64,000 bases of DNA from an uncultured Planctomycetota bacterium (GTDB lineage Bacteria; Planctomycetota; Planctomycetia; Isosphaerales; Isosphaeraceae): NCBI GenBank assembly GCA_963845755.1, contig CAWJTV010000033.1:224001-288000 (forward strand), read 5' to 3'. A program made the translations under genes and the position numbers. Under the pieces are notes generated by a model. That model saw only the letters and a list, made by a program, of their open reading frames with translations. It searched no databases and was not told the origin of the DNA. Shown here piece by piece: positions 1-12,245 of this stretch (the first letter of the stretch is position 1; the number at the start of each line of letters is the position of its first letter).

Positions 1-2524
1 GCGATGGCGTAATGAGTCAACGCCTCATCCATCGAACTATCCTGGTCCGCGACGTAGGCCAGGTAGAACTGATACCAATAATTGTCCTGCTCGAGCCGGA
101 CGGCATGGCGCATCCATTGGATCGCCCGGCTTCTCTGATCGTTGCGCAGGCAGAGCAGGGCCCACTGGAACGACGCGAGGGCCGATTTCTCGGCGCCGAT
201 CTCGTGGGGCTCGCCTTTGAAAGAGGGGCTATCCCGCCCCGATGGCCGATCCAGCAGACCGTCCCGAGCGTTCCGGGAGCGCTGCACCCAGGCCCGCAGC
301 GCACGCCAGGGCTCCTTCGGCGTGGCGAACGCCAGAGCGGTGTCGCACAACGCGACGAGCTTCGCGATCCCCTCCTCCCGCAGCCGCCGAGCCTGGTCCC
401 CGGCTCCTTGTTCCGAAGAGACGAACTCGTCGAGCGTGACGACCCAGAAGAACAGGAGCTGGTTGACCTCGATCCGGAGCCTCTGGAGGCGCGGGGCGTC
501 GAGCAGTTCGACGATATATTCGAGCTTCGTCCAATCTTGCGAGGTCAGCACGTAGAAGGGGGCCAGCGCGTTCTGGAGCTCGACCCCGGCCTCGGTCAAC
601 TGGCGACGGTTCAGCAAGAGGCGGAACCGGAGCCGCTCGGCGGTCTGGAACAGCGCATCGGCGTCGCCGCGGATCTGGGCGAACCGTTCGGCGAGTTTTC
701 GCTTCTGCATGGCCCGGGTCTGGATCTCGTCGAGGTTCGGGCCGAAGTTGAGGTTCCGCAGCTTGTCGACGACCGCCTTGATCGTGGTCGGGAAGCCCCG
801 CCAACGCGAGGGGTATTTCCGGGGGTCGAGATTGTCGAAGTGGTTGATCAGGTCGATGGTGGCGTCGAGCTGCTTCCGGGCCGTCTCGAACTCGCCGCTA
901 TCGAACGAGGCCACTCCCTTGTCCAATTCCTTCTGGATGAGCTTCCTCGTATCGTCCCGATCGAGGAGGATGCCGAGGCCGGCGAGGAGGGTGGCGGCCA
1001 GCGCGACGAGGATCGCGGATGCCATGGCGAGCCGTCGTCGCCGTCGCCGCAGCCAGCCGGAGATGCGGCTGACCCAGGGTTCGCGCGAGTGGGGCAGCGG
1101 GAGGTCCTTGGAGACGGCCTGGAGGTCGGCGGCCAGCTCGATGGCGGAGGGATATCGGTCGTTGGGCTCGGGCTCGAGGCAGCGGCGGACGATCGCCTCG
1201 AGGGACGGGGGGATCTCAGACTCCAGTGCCCGCGGGTGGGGGGTCGCGCGTCGGCGGTCGTCGGCCGCCCGGAACAGGGCCTCGACGACCGACGAACCGC
1301 GTCGGGGCGACGCGAACGGCCGCTGTCCCGTCAGGGCCTCGAAGAGCACGACGCCGAGGCTGTAGATGTCGGAGCGGCCGTCGACGGCCTCCGGCCCGCC
1401 CTCGGCGAGGGCCAGGAGGTGCTCGGGAGCCATGTAATCGACGGTCCCGCCCAGGGTGGCGGCGTCGGCGGCCGCGCCGTCGGACGCGACCGGCTCGCGC
1501 GCCAGGTTGAAGTCCAGCAGCATGGGCATGCCGTCGGAGGTGACCAGCACGTTCGACGGCTTGATGTCGCGGTGGAGTACGCCGCGATCGTGGGCATGCG
1601 CCAGGGCCTCGGCCAGCCGGGCTCCCCACCAGGCGATCGCCTGGTCATAAGTCCGCAGCGTCAGGGCCACTCGACCCGCCGACGGGCCGGCCGGTACGGC
1701 GTCGCCCGGCTCGAGTCGGTCGATCGCCTCGACCAGCGCCGTCCCCGAGCGGTCATCCCGTTCCCGGCAGTCCGAGAGGACCTGGGCCAGCGTGGTGCGA
1801 CCGAAGTAGGGCATGCACAGCAGATGGAGTCCCGTCGCCCGATCGATCCGGTGGGAGTGCACCGGAACGATATGGGTATGCTGGAGCCGGGCGAGGGTCT
1901 GCGGTTCGCGCGAACCGCGACGGGTGACCTTCAACGCGACGGGGCGGTCGGCCAGTTGCCGCTCCCGGGCCAGGAAGACGCGCGCGAACGCCCCGCGGCC
2001 CAGCTCCTCGACCAGATGAAACCCCGCGATCATCTGGCCGGCCTCGGGGAACGCCCCGGCGGTTCCCCCCATCGACGCCGCTTCGGAAAACAGCGCCGTG
2101 GCCGTCGAACCCGAGCCGACGAGTTGGTGGATCTCCAGCACGCGGCGCAGCGGGCCTGCGACCCGAGAGTACCGGGTCAAGAACTCGGCCGGGTCCGGGG
2201 CCTCCTCATCCTCCTCGCGCAAGCAGAATTCCTCGTACGCCAGCGCGACGATCGTATCTTCGCTCAGGTCGGCGTGGTGGTCGATGTACCATTGCGCCCC
2301 ACCTTCTCCCCGGACTCCCAGCGGAGCGAGAGGTCCGTGCGGAGCAAGGCCAGGCGCGCGCCAACGCCGTCGCCGCCGCCGGCCGACTCGAGAAACGCAT
2401 GGGGATCGGGCCGGTGTCGGAGGTGCTCGGAGTCGCGCCAGGCTTGCTCATACTCTCGGGCCAGACGAACCGCGGCAGGCGACGACGCCTCCTCCCACGT
2501 CCGCCGGCTGGCGGACACGCTCAT
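1..2524 (-). CDS. Ser/Thr protein kinase with TPR repeats (runs off left edge; frameshift near 2300)
   Basis: Starts MSVSASRRTWEE, with its ATG overlapping the sigma stop codon. The minus frame has LGRGAFARVFLA, HRDIKPSNVL, LDFNLA and GTVDYMAPE, then TPR-like helices. The ORF track misses it because it has no stop in the window. Confidence 0.9.
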
Positions 2525-3129
2525 CACGAGGTCCCCCACTCCCTCTCCATTCGGCGTCTCAACTCCTCGAGGACACGCTGGACCGTCCGTTCGCTGATCC
2601 CCAGCCGATCGCCGATATCCTTGCTGGAGAGGCCCTCGGCCTTCATCTCCAGGATGGTCCTCCGCTCGGCGGGCATCAGCTCGCGGAGCCGGATCAGGAT
2701 CTCGTGCGCCTGGGCCACCTCGCTGGGCGAGTCGATCGAGTCGGGCACGTCCTTGGGGCGACGGCCGTCGCCCCAAAGGGGCTCTTCCCGATGCATGTCA
2801 TGCTTGCGACTGGCCGCGCGACGGTATTCGTCGATTACCTTATTCTTCGCAGCCCGCGCCAGAAATGCGACAAGATGCCGCGAGTCCTCGAATTCCGTCG
2901 GCGCCGTGCGCATCCGACGGAAGAAGCTCCCCCAAACGCTCTGGAGAAAGTCGAGCGAGTCGAACCGCGATCGCAGCAGCCGCGGCAATTGCCGACGCAC
3001 AACCAGGCGAACCTCCGCCTCGAACCGGCTGAGCAATTCGCGCGCGGCACTCTCGTCGCCGGACTGGATCCGCTTGAGGAAATCCGAGAGCTCGCTCTCC
3101 CCTCGTTGCGTGGATTCGCCGAGGGCCAT
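2524..3129 (-). CDS. ECF RNA polymerase sigma factor (kinase-associated)
   Basis: Region 2 (RFDSLDFLQSVW...AAKNKVIDEYRR) and region 4 HTH (GLSSKDIGDRLGISERTVQR); translationally coupled to the kinase. Confidence 0.93.
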   Translation of the reverse strand: MALGESTQRGESELSDFLKRIQSGDESAARELLSRFEAEVRLVVRRQLPRLLRSRFDSLDFLQSVWGSFFRRMRTAPTEFEDSRHLVAFLARAAKNKVIDEYRRAASRKHDMHREEPLWGDGRRPKDVPDSIDSPSEVAQAHEILIRLRELMPAERRTILEMKAEGLSSKDIGDRLGISERTVQRVLEELRRRMEREWGTS

Positions 3130-3613
3130 GCCATAGCCTCCTCTGCCCGGTCCAGGTTCGCCACTCGGCGTGGTGAGACCTCCGTGTCAGACGCCTCGGT
3201 TCGGACGCTTACTTTGATTCCGATCAGACTAACCCGAATCGCCCTCGGTTGACAAGTTCAGGTGGTCGTTCGTCCTGGGCTACGATCCTTCGATCGCGGA
3301 ATCGCTCTCTCGAACCTGGAATCGCAACCACCGACCGGTCCAGGCTTAGGCCCAAAACCGATCTGCTGACAGGATGCCACCACCGATCCCCTTGACAACA
3401 AACGGTTTGGGGTGTGTCTGAAACCCCTTTGACAATCGCTGGAGATAGATCGTTCTCTCCACCATCGAGTCGCACAGGTCTTTCAAGTCGTCTTCGGCAA
3501 CCTCCGCGTCGCTGTGGCGAGTTCTCTCAACATTGGCTCAATGTTCCAGGATCCAAATCAAGTGATGGCCTGCCCCCATTTGCACGTCCCACCCGATCGG
3601 GCTATCACCAATC

Positions 3614-5548
3614 CTAGCGGCGGCGCTGTTCGGCGAGCCACTCCTCGAGCGATTCACGCTGGTCCGCGTGCAGCTTGATCAGGGTGGCGAACTCGTTGTC
3701 AGCCGCCTTCATGTCCTTGTCGTGCAGGAGGCATTGCACCAGAAACATGCGCGCGAACCTGAGGAACGGATTGATACGGAGCGCCTTGCGCGCTTCGTGA
3801 CGCGCGCCGTTCCAGTCCTGACACTGCATGGAGAGGAAGGCGAGCCGCTCCCGGCAGGCCGCGGACCAGGGATTCAGCGCGACGGCACGCCGGGCGGGTT
3901 CCAGCGCGGCCTGGTAGCGTTTCAGGTCGATCGCATAAGAGGTGTAATCATCCAGCAACAGCTCGTACGAGGGGTTCAACTTGAGGAGAGAATCGGCGAG
4001 CTGCAAGGCTTTCCCGTATCGCCCGGTGAACGACAGGACCTGTGCCTTCATGCGCGAGGCTTCGAGATCTTCGGGATTGTCCGTGACGACTTTGTCCAGA
4101 GCGGAGACAAGGAGGGGTCCGATCGTCCGCGTTTGCGGCGTAACGGGCAGCCGCGTCCACTGGGCCACCACGGCAATCGCCAGCTCTCGATCCAGCGATT
4201 TGAGGTGCTTTGGATCGACATCGCCATTAAGACGGACCAGCGGAAACGGGGAGCCGCTCCGTCTTGCCGCGGTCAACCAGGCATTCGGCTCCCTGAGGAT
4301 CCGGTGATCTCTCACGGCGATGTGCACGGCATCCACCGTCTGCGACATGGGCATATGACAGCCAACGCAAGAGTCCTCCCGGTCTCTGGCGAGGCGTATC
4401 GTCTCGGGGAGCTTGCATCCGTGATCCTCGTGGCAGGCCAGACACCGCTCGCGGAAGTAGGCAACCTTTTCCTCGGGGTCTGGGATCTCGTGAGGGTCGT
4501 GGCACGACACGCAGCCGAGGCGGCCCTGGCTCGCGCGGAAGCACCGGCTGTCTTTCATCTGCTCGACCTGCCCCACCAGCTTTTGCCCCTCGTCGGTCGT
4601 GTAACCGTAGTTGACGAAGAACTCTGTCAGGGGCAGGCCCGGGCGATAGTCGAAGGCGTCTCGGCCCAGGCGGTTGACGCGCCGGTCGCCGACCAGGTGG
4701 CACTGCTCGCAGACGTTCCCGCGGAGGACAGGGTCGAGGTGCCTTGGGTTGACGATCGTCAGGTCCCGGCCGCCCGAAGCCTCCTGGTGCCGCGCGTGGA
4801 GCTCGCCGGGACCGTGACAGCGCTCGCAGCCGATCGCATAGCCCCGGAAGATCGGCTCCTCGTAACGGTTCGCGGAGAGGGCGACGGGCTCGACGCGGTT
4901 GGAATGACAAAACAGGCAATCGGGATCGATCGGCCGGTCGAAATGCGCGCTGATCTTCTCGTAGCCCGGCGAGAGGTCCCATCGCTGCTTCTGGGTGTAC
5001 CAGGTGATGGGCGACTCGAACAGTCGGCCGTCGCGCTCGACCAGGTACGTGATACTCCGCGCGCCCGACCCCACGGCGTACGCGACCTCGGCCTCGACTT
5101 GCGCCAGCACGTGACCTCCGTCGAGGACGGTTTCACGGTGAATCTCACGTCCATCGCGCCGTTCGATCGTGAACACAGAGGGAGCGACGCCGAACGACGT
5201 CGTCCCGGTCGGCCGAGCGGAACCGACCGCCGGTGCCGACGCGATCGGAGTGAGCGATCGTCCCATGGGATGGCGCCGGAACGTCTCGGCGATGTCGGGG
5301 TGGCAGTGGGTGCACGCCGCGTCGCCGACATATTTGACCCCGGGCCGGGCGTTCAACCAGGGGGACTGCGGCCAGGAGAGAGCCTGGCGCGCGAGGCTTG
5401 CTGGTCGTTTAGACGAGAAATGAACCGTAGGCCACAGGAATCCGCCGATGCCAAGCCCGACGACGAGCAAGAGACACGCTAGCGCGACGATGGAGGCGTG
5501 CGGATGGTGTTTGAGCCGTCGGGCTCTTACTGGCTGCTGCGCGTCCAA
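3614..5548 (-). CDS. Multiheme c-type cytochrome with C-terminal TPR repeats
   Basis: N-terminal TM segment and seven CxxCH motifs (CTHCH, CLFCH, CERCH, CEQCH, CVSCH, CLACH, CVGCH), followed by a TPR-like tail. Confidence 0.88.
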   Translation of the reverse strand: MDAQQPVRARRLKHHPHASIVALACLLLVVGLGIGGFLWPTVHFSSKRPASLARQALSWPQSPWLNARPGVKYVGDAACTHCHPDIAETFRRHPMGRSLTPIASAPAVGSARPTGTTSFGVAPSVFTIERRDGREIHRETVLDGGHVLAQVEAEVAYAVGSGARSITYLVERDGRLFESPITWYTQKQRWDLSPGYEKISAHFDRPIDPDCLFCHSNRVEPVALSANRYEEPIFRGYAIGCERCHGPGELHARHQEASGGRDLTIVNPRHLDPVLRGNVCEQCHLVGDRRVNRLGRDAFDYRPGLPLTEFFVNYGYTTDEGQKLVGQVEQMKDSRCFRASQGRLGCVSCHDPHEIPDPEEKVAYFRERCLACHEDHGCKLPETIRLARDREDSCVGCHMPMSQTVDAVHIAVRDHRILREPNAWLTAARRSGSPFPLVRLNGDVDPKHLKSLDRELAIAVVAQWTRLPVTPQTRTIGPLLVSALDKVVTDNPEDLEASRMKAQVLSFTGRYGKALQLADSLLKLNPSYELLLDDYTSYAIDLKRYQAALEPARRAVALNPWSAACRERLAFLSMQCQDWNGARHEARKALRINPFLRFARMFLVQCLLHDKDMKAADNEFATLIKLHADQRESLEEWLAEQRRR

Positions 5549-5734
5549 CGGCCCCTCCGAGCTCCATCACCGCCGCGCTTGGGGGCGGTTGCCGCCCACC
5601 GGCGTGATTCCGCGGCTCCGAAACGAGGTCTTCCAATCGATAAACCATCGTAATCGGAGTCAAGGGGTGCGGCAACGGGTCCAGGCGATCGTTCCCGACC
5701 CCGCCCCCCCCGCTTTCACCCACCAACCGACGAC

Positions 5735-6139
5735 TTAAGGTGACGTCTTTTCGTTGGCCCGTTCCGTCAAGATCGCTTCGAGTCGTTCTTCCTGGTCAGA
5801 ATCAAACTGATAGGCGGACCGGCCTCCGATCCTCAGTACCATTTCCGGGTGGGCGAACTCACAACGGTCTGCGATGAATCCAGTGACAAAGCCGCAATCG
5901 GGCTGTCGCTTCCAGGGGCGTCCGGCCAGTCGCTTCAGGTAGCGTGGCCAGAACGGCGGTTGAATGCCTGCCCAACCGGCGAGGGTGGGAGTACCACGAG
6001 TGTCGATGCCGGTATGAACATGGTATTCCGTCGTCCGATAGACCTCGACCGCTGGAATCCCCAGCCCGAGGCACACGGCGATGAAGAACACAATGATCAT
6101 GATGGAACGGATCGAAATTCGGCGTCGGAATGCCATCAT
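5735..6139 (-). CDS. Hypothetical membrane protein
   Basis: RISIRSIMIIVFFIAVCLG N-terminus typical of small planctomycete membrane proteins; GAGG upstream. Confidence 0.6.
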   Translation of the reverse strand: MMAFRRRISIRSIMIIVFFIAVCLGLGIPAVEVYRTTEYHVHTGIDTRGTPTLAGWAGIQPPFWPRYLKRLAGRPWKRQPDCGFVTGFIADRCEFAHPEMVLRIGGRSAYQFDSDQEERLEAILTERANEKTSP

Positions 6140-6302
6140 GACCTCGTCACTGACTGGGCAATCGTGGGCGGCCTACTCTGTAAACGTGTGATCCGAGCTC
6201 CATATTCGTCGTATCCAGCTTGATGCTTCACCCGACCCCGACCAGTCGGTATGCTGAAGCGGGCCTGGGAACCTGGCGCTGGAACCTACAAGGAGATTCC
6301 TC

Positions 6303-7938
6303 ATGTCGAGACCGCGTCGATCGGCTGCCGCATTGACTCTGGCTATCCTCTTCGGGTGGGGCTCGATCGCCCTGGCCTGCACGAGCATCGTGGTGAGTCG
6401 GGGAGCGTCCAAGGACGGCTCGGTGATGGTCACCTACTCGGCGGATGCCCCGTTCATGCCGAAGCTGCTCTACGTGCCCGGCGGGACGCATCAGGCAGGG
6501 GAACTGATCCAGGTCCGCGCCTGGGAGAACGATCGGCTTTGCGGACCGGTGAAGCAGGTGGCGAAGACGTATTCGGTCGTGGGTCTGATGAACGAACATC
6601 AGCTTTCCCTCGGCGAGACGACGACGGGGGGACGCCGTGAGCTGCGCGATCCCAAGGGGATGCTCGACTACGATGCCCTGATGCTCTTGACCCTCCAGCG
6701 TGCCAGGACCGCGCGCGAGGCGATCAAGATCGTCGACGAGCTCGCGCGCGAGTATGGCTATCAATCGTCCGGCGAGACCTTCTCGATCGCCGACCCGAAG
6801 GAAGCCTGGATCATGGAGCTGATCGGCAAGGGACCCGATCAGAAGGGGATCGTCTGGGTCGCGGCCCGGGTCCCCGACGGGATGATCACCGCACACGCCA
6901 ATCTGAGCCGGATCACCACGTTTCCGCTCGACGATCCCGAGAACTGGCTCTATTCGCCCGACGTGATCTCATACGCGATCGAGAAGAGATTCTATGCCAC
7001 GGATTCCTCGAAGCCATTCAGCTATCGCGATGCCTATCATCCCGGCATCGGCCCGTCGCAGCAGCGGGCCTGCGCGGGACGCGTCTGGAGCATCTACCGC
7101 CGTTCCGCGGCATCCCAGGGGTTCTCCGACGCCTTCTTCCGGGGGAAAGATGGGGCCGAGGACTACCCGCTCTTCATCAAGCCCGATGCGCCTTTGAGTG
7201 TCGCCGACGTGATGGCCCTGATGCGTGACCACTACGAAGGCACGCCCTACGACATGACCAAGGGGCTCGACGCCGGCCCGTTCGGCACCCCGGTCCGCTA
7301 CCGGGAGCTTCCCTTCAAGGTGGATGGCGAGTCCTATATGTGGGAGCGGCCGATCTCCACCCAGCAGGCGGGCTTCGTCGTCGTGAGCCAGAGCCGCAAG
7401 GGGATGCCGGACGGCGTGGGTGGCGTGACCTGGTTCACGCCCGACGACGCGTTGACCTCGTGTTTCACCCCGTTCTACTGCGGGATCACGGCCCTGCCGG
7501 CCCCGTACGTCAAGGGGGACTACAAGAAGTTCGAGTGGGATTCGGCGTGGTGGGTGTCGAACCTGGTCTCGAACCTCTGTTACGACCGCTGGTCGAGGGT
7601 CGCCCCCGACGTGCAGGCCGCCCAGTCCCAGCGCGAGGCCGACCTGCTCAAGATGCAGCCGGTGATCGAGGAAGCCGCCGCGAAGCTGGGGGCGACCGAT
7701 CCGGCCTTGATGCGCGAGTTCCTGACCAATTATTCGGTGTTCGACCGGCGAGGCGGTCTTCCGCAACTGGCAGGGCTTGGCCGAGTCCATCCTGACCAAA
7801 CATGTCGATGGCTATGTAAAGAGCGCCCAGGGCCGACCGAGGGGAGTTGGCTACTCTCCCGAATGGCTCAAGCGCGTCGTCGCCGATCAGCCCGATCAGT
7901 TCAAGGTCCAGATGAAGTCCAGCGAGACTGATCATTGA
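6303..7938 (+). CDS. Peptidase C69 family dipeptidase (frameshift near 7740)
   Basis: Signal peptide followed by the Ntn-hydrolase nucleophile CTSIVV, plus MNEHQLSLGETT and AWIMELIGKG. The C-terminus continues in another frame to TGA at 7936-7938. Confidence 0.88.
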
Positions 7939-7944
7939 GGAAGA

Positions 7945-8125
7945 CCTAACGCGGCTTTCGGCTGCAACCCAGGAAGGATTCGAGATTCGAGATTCCCGAT
8001 CCCGAAATCGTTCCTTTGGGGATCTCGAATCGGGGATCTCGAATCGGGGATCCAGGATCCCCCAGGTGGCGCACGCCGCAGAGATTTGACGGAGGAAGAC
8101 TCCAAAAGGCTGTTTCATCAATCTC
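7945..8125. repeat. Composite palindromic repeat, heptamer-arm family, copy 1
   Basis: GCGGCTTTCGGCTGC hairpin, inverted arms of (ATTCGAG/CTCGAAT)n and a GGAGGAAGAC tail. An inverted copy lies at 11680-11820. Confidence 0.75.
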
Positions 8126-8208
8126 TGGCCCAGCCCCCGAATGGAGGCGGCAGGACTTAGCCAGGAGCGTCAGCCCCTGGACCAGATGCTGATCAAAGCG
8201 GCCCCGAG

Positions 8209-8250
8209 CCCCCCGACGGGGAGAAGGTGCCCCCAGGGCGGAGTAGGGGG
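8209..8250. repeat. REP half-element (GGGAGAAGGTGCC family)
   Basis: ccccccgacggggagaaggtgccccagggcggagtagggg matches the reverse complement of the REP at 19606-19640. Confidence 0.6.
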
Positions 8251-8319
8251 ATCCTGCATACGAACCGGACGAGTGCGCAGCCCAGGCGTTCTCCTCGATA
8301 GGATACTTCCCCACTCGGG

Positions 8320-8868
8320 CTATGGCGTCGGACGGAGCTTGACCAGCGCCCAGCCCGTGTCGCTCGATCGGAATTCGTATACGCCCGCCGAGATTGCATA
8401 CCGCTGAACACCGAAGTCACCGCTGCGGTCAAAGAGGATCCTCGACGACGGTCCCACAACCAGTCTCTGGACGCTACCGTTTTCGGTCTTGTAGGTAATG
8501 CCATCGACCACGTAGTTGACGGCGACGCCCGTCTGCTCGGGGTTGCGGATTACCACAGAGACCTCAGCCCGCGTCGTCGTGCTGGGTGTCGATCCTGATG
8601 CCGCATTGGACGATGCCCCGCCGCCAGGCGCCGGGTTGAGGACGGGTGCCGGCTGTGGGAACTTGTAGAACTGTGTCGGATTGGACGGATAATAGCCGTC
8701 GCCCGGATACTGCGGATGGGGGACAAGGGCAGCACTCAGGCTGATCGGCTGGGGCAGGGGACGCCGGCCGAGCTCTGGCGGCAGGATCAGGTTGCCGACC
8801 TGCCAGGGCGCAATCGACTCCGCCGGCGCGGTGGCCACGTCGGTGGCCGGTAGGATTGGCCTGTTCAT
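8320..8868 (-). CDS. Hypothetical protein
   Basis: ATG at 8868 with GAGGTG upstream; Pro/Ser-rich N-terminus and a compact beta-rich C-terminal domain (ILFDRSGDFGVQRYAISAGVYEF). Confidence 0.65.
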   Translation of the reverse strand: MNRPILPATDVATAPAESIAPWQVGNLILPPELGRRPLPQPISLSAALVPHPQYPGDGYYPSNPTQFYKFPQPAPVLNPAPGGGASSNAASGSTPSTTTRAEVSVVIRNPEQTGVAVNYVVDGITYKTENGSVQRLVVGPSSRILFDRSGDFGVQRYAISAGVYEFRSSDTGWALVKLRPTP

Positions 8869-9167
8869 GCACACCTCGCGGTTGGTTGCACCCGGTCCGT
8901 CAACGACCCGAGACGGATCACGACCCAATGCTATCAAACAGGCGAAGCGGCTCGCGTTCCAGGACCCAGTCGGGAGATTCGAGGAGGAGAATGGGAGAGC
9001 CCGGGTCAAACCGGGTTCCGCGGTCGGTGGCAACCGGCGCAATCGCGGTTTCCGGCTTCCGCGACCTCGGGTAGAATCCTCGCGCAGGAGGGAACCACCA
9101 TGCAGACCATGGGGCTTGTTGCTCGGGCGAACGAGCAAGGCCGGCGACCCCGGACGGGAGGCCAGCC

Positions 9168-10551
9168 ATGAGCGGCCTACGCAAGCCGCAACCGCCCCGA
9201 CGCCTCTTTCGCAACCGCGACCGCGCCGGCGTGGTCGCTCCGCGCGCGGATCGCGCCGCGACTCCCGATGTCGCCGATCTCCTGACCGACGGCAAGACGC
9301 ACCTCCAGGCCGGTCGCCCGGCCGAGGCCGAAGCCTGCTTCCGCCGGGTCGTCGCGATCGCGCGGGAGAGGACCCCGGATCGTGCCGCGGCGCATGCCTG
9401 GCTCGGCCGGCTGGCGGCCGACCGGGGCGACCTGGACGAGTCGCTCGATTGCTACCAGCTCGCTTGTCAGCATCAGCCCGATGAGCCCGGGATCCGCGGC
9501 GATCGCGGCTTCATCCTGAACCGCCTCGGTCGATTCGAGGAGGCTGCGTCGGAGCTTCGTGAGACCATCAGGCTCGATCCCGGGTTGCCGACCCCCCATT
9601 TCAACCTGGGGATCTCGCTGCTGGCGCAGGGAGACTTCGAGCGAGGCTGGGCCGAATACGAATGGCGGCTCCGGATCGATTTCCCATGGATTCACTTGCG
9701 CACGACCGAGTGGCCGCGGTGGGAGGGCGAACCGCTGGCAGGCCGGACGATCCTGTTACATACGGAACAGGGAATCGGCGACGCGATCCAGTTCATCCGC
9801 TTCGCGCCGACTCGTGAAGGCCCGAGCGGGTCGAGTGCTCCTGGCCTTCCCGCCGGAGATGACGCCGCTGGCCGGGTTGCTCCACTGGGCGGTTCGCTGC
9901 GCGCCCGCGAACGGAGGCGAATTGCCGGAACCGCCCGCCGAAGGGAATGCGCGATGGGACGCGCACGCTTCGCTGATGAGTCTGCCGTTCATCCTCGGCA
10001 CGACCCAGGCCACGATCCCGCCAGCCCCGTACATCCTTCCCGAGCCCGATCACCTCGAGCGATGGCGACCGGCCATGGATTCCATCAAGGGGTTCAAGGT
10101 GGGAATTGCCTGGCGTGGAGGCACCGTCCATCCGGAAGACCGCTTTCGTTCATTCCGCCTGGCCGAATTCGCACCATTAGCCGACATCTCCGGCGTGCGG
10201 CTGATCAGCCTCCAGAAGGGTGAGGCCGTGCAAGAGCTGGCCGGCTCGGCTTTCCCGGTCGTTGACCTTGGCCAACGCTATCAGGCCGGCGACTGGCTCG
10301 ACACGCTGGGAATCGTGAGTCAGCTTGACCTGGTCGTCGCGTGCGACACCGCCATTGCTCATCTGGCCGGCGCGCTCGGCAAGCCGGTCTGGATCGCGCT
10401 GCCGCATGCGACCGACTGGCGGTGGATGGTGAATCGGGACGATAGCCCGTGGTATCCGACCCTGAGATTGTTCCGCCAGGGCAAGCCCGGCGAGTGGGCG
10501 GGCGTGTTCGAGCGCATGGCGGAGTCGCTACGGGGCGTGATCCGACCCTGA
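9168..10551 (+). CDS. TPR-repeat glycosyltransferase family 9-like protein (frameshift near 9810)
   Basis: TPRs, then GWAEYEWR, EQGIGDAIQFIRFA, LDLVVACDTAIAHLAGALGKP and DSPWYPTLRLFRQ, split across two ORFs. Confidence 0.88.
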
Positions 10552-10721
10552 AGATGTCATCCAGGGGACCAATTCATGAGACGAAGCGGAATGGTGTCCT
10601 GAGCTGCGCGGCTCGGATCGCGCTCGCCCCCGCGTCAAAGCCCGGGACTGATCATGCCGGCAAGAAAGTCGGTCGGGCTGGAACGCCCGACCTACTTCGC
10701 GTGCCCGAACCGGGCTCGTGG

Positions 10722-11429
10722 TCAGGTCGAAGGTCCCGTCCGTCGGCGCCCGAGTCGCGGACGGGCCTTCCGTACCAGGAGTCCCATTGCCGACATCCCG
10801 ATCAAGGCCAGGACGCCGCTCGTGGGCTCGGGGACCGAGGCGACCGTTGTGACGGAGGCATTATCGGCGTAGAATTCCCCAGTAGTTAACAGGTTCTCTG
10901 AATAGATGGCAACCAGATCGGCATTACTTCCTGCGGGTGCCGTGAACGAAATCGTCTCCCACTGGTCGGTGGTCGTGCTGAGAGTTCCCCCAATAAAGGT
11001 ACCTCCGCCATTGCCGAAAAGGGCCACGATCACGGGCCCGCTCAACACGTCAACGTTGACCGACGCCGTGACCGCCCCGGACTGTTGTGCGAAACTTTGT
11101 TGCAGCCCGTTGAAAAAGGGAGGACCCCCGTTGGCGCCCACGGAGGTCACGTGGATCATGAATTCGCTGCCGAGGGGATCCGTCGTCGGCAAGAGCTCCG
11201 AGCTGGTCGTGGCGGTAAAATTATTGAAGAGGTTCCAGAATTCGGCGGATGACGGCGCAGCAACTCCCGAGGCTGTGATCGATGTGGGATAGTTGGGGGG
11301 CGTCAGTCCGGGTGTGGGTGTGTCGAATCCCCCATTCAGCAGCAGGTTCCCGCCCCGGGCGGAAGACGGTACGCAACAGGCTGCCATTGTCGCCAGGAAA
11401 AGAACGTTTCGGCGTAATGAAAGCAACAT
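10722..11429 (-). CDS. PEP-CTERM sorting domain protein
   Basis: Signal peptide, NLLLNGGF carbohydrate-binding-like start, and C-terminal VPEPTS followed by a TM segment and basic tail. Confidence 0.88.
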   Translation of the reverse strand: MLLSLRRNVLFLATMAACCVPSSARGGNLLLNGGFDTPTPGLTPPNYPTSITASGVAAPSSAEFWNLFNNFTATTSSELLPTTDPLGSEFMIHVTSVGANGGPPFFNGLQQSFAQQSGAVTASVNVDVLSGPVIVALFGNGGGTFIGGTLSTTTDQWETISFTAPAGSNADLVAIYSENLLTTGEFYADNASVTTVASVPEPTSGVLALIGMSAMGLLVRKARPRLGRRRTGPST

Positions 11430-11577
11430 AGATGATCCTCGCGGGTTTAAATGTCCGTCGGGATTCATATGACATGGCGGATCCAACGACACCTGATCTC
11501 CTTGCCGAGGTCAAAAAGCCAACGAACCGAGGCCGTGTCAGCGCGCTTCACGGTTGGTTTGCATGCAGGCGAGTAGC

Positions 11578-11647
11578 CCGTAGGGTGCTCTGTGAGCACC
11601 GATCCGTGTCGCCGGGCCTTACGCGGTGCTCACAGAGCACCCTACGG
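11578..11647. repeat. GTAG-type REP doublet (REPIN-like)
   Basis: Perfect 24-bp inverted repeat ccgtagggtgctctgtgagcaccg ... cggtgctcacagagcaccctacgg. Confidence 0.85.
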
Positions 11648-11679
11648 AACCGGCCAGGTGCTGCTGCGCGTGCCCAATC

Positions 11680-11820
11680 CATTCGTTAGCGTCTTCCTCC
11701 GTAGGATCCCTGCGCCGCGCACCTCTGGGGAATTCAAGATTCGAGATTCCCGATCGAACGATTTCTGGATCTCGAATCGGGAATCCCTCTTGGGTTGCGG
11801 CCGAAGGCCGGGTGAGGCGC
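11680..11820. repeat. Composite palindromic repeat, heptamer-arm family, copy 2
   Basis: Inverted homologue of 7945-8125, including gggttgcggccgaaggccggg. Confidence 0.75.
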
Positions 11821-12245
11821 TCTAGGATTGGTCTACGTGAGCGTGAGGGTTGCTGGCATGAACGATGTCTTGCCATTCGCCCACGCTTACTAAAGTTGCT
11901 TCGGTGACCCGCGACCTGACATTGTCGCTGTTGTCGTGATTGAAGAGTTACCGCATCATCCGGCAGAGAAGCGTTTTCACCCGACCACTTCGGCAGGCCG
12001 ACCCCCTCCCTCCCCTAGGCACAATCCTTGCGCGAGCAGTGCAGAGCAGGACCGTCGCAAGACCAATCGCATTCATCCTGATCCAAGCGAATAGCAAGAA
12101 TACATCCAGGACGACAGAATTGGTAGCCTATTGTCGCATTTCTGAATGCCGAAGGCAACCTTTGAGGTCATTCTGTTGCGTTTTCGCAACATGAGGCCAT
12201 CTTGGTGCGACTATAAAAATAATTATAAATATGATAAATCAGATT

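Noticed and set aside
12..2597. 861-aa plus-strand ORF
   Set aside because: Antisense shadow of the kinase-TPR gene. The same applies to 3668..5482, 16887..18518 and 29616..31409.
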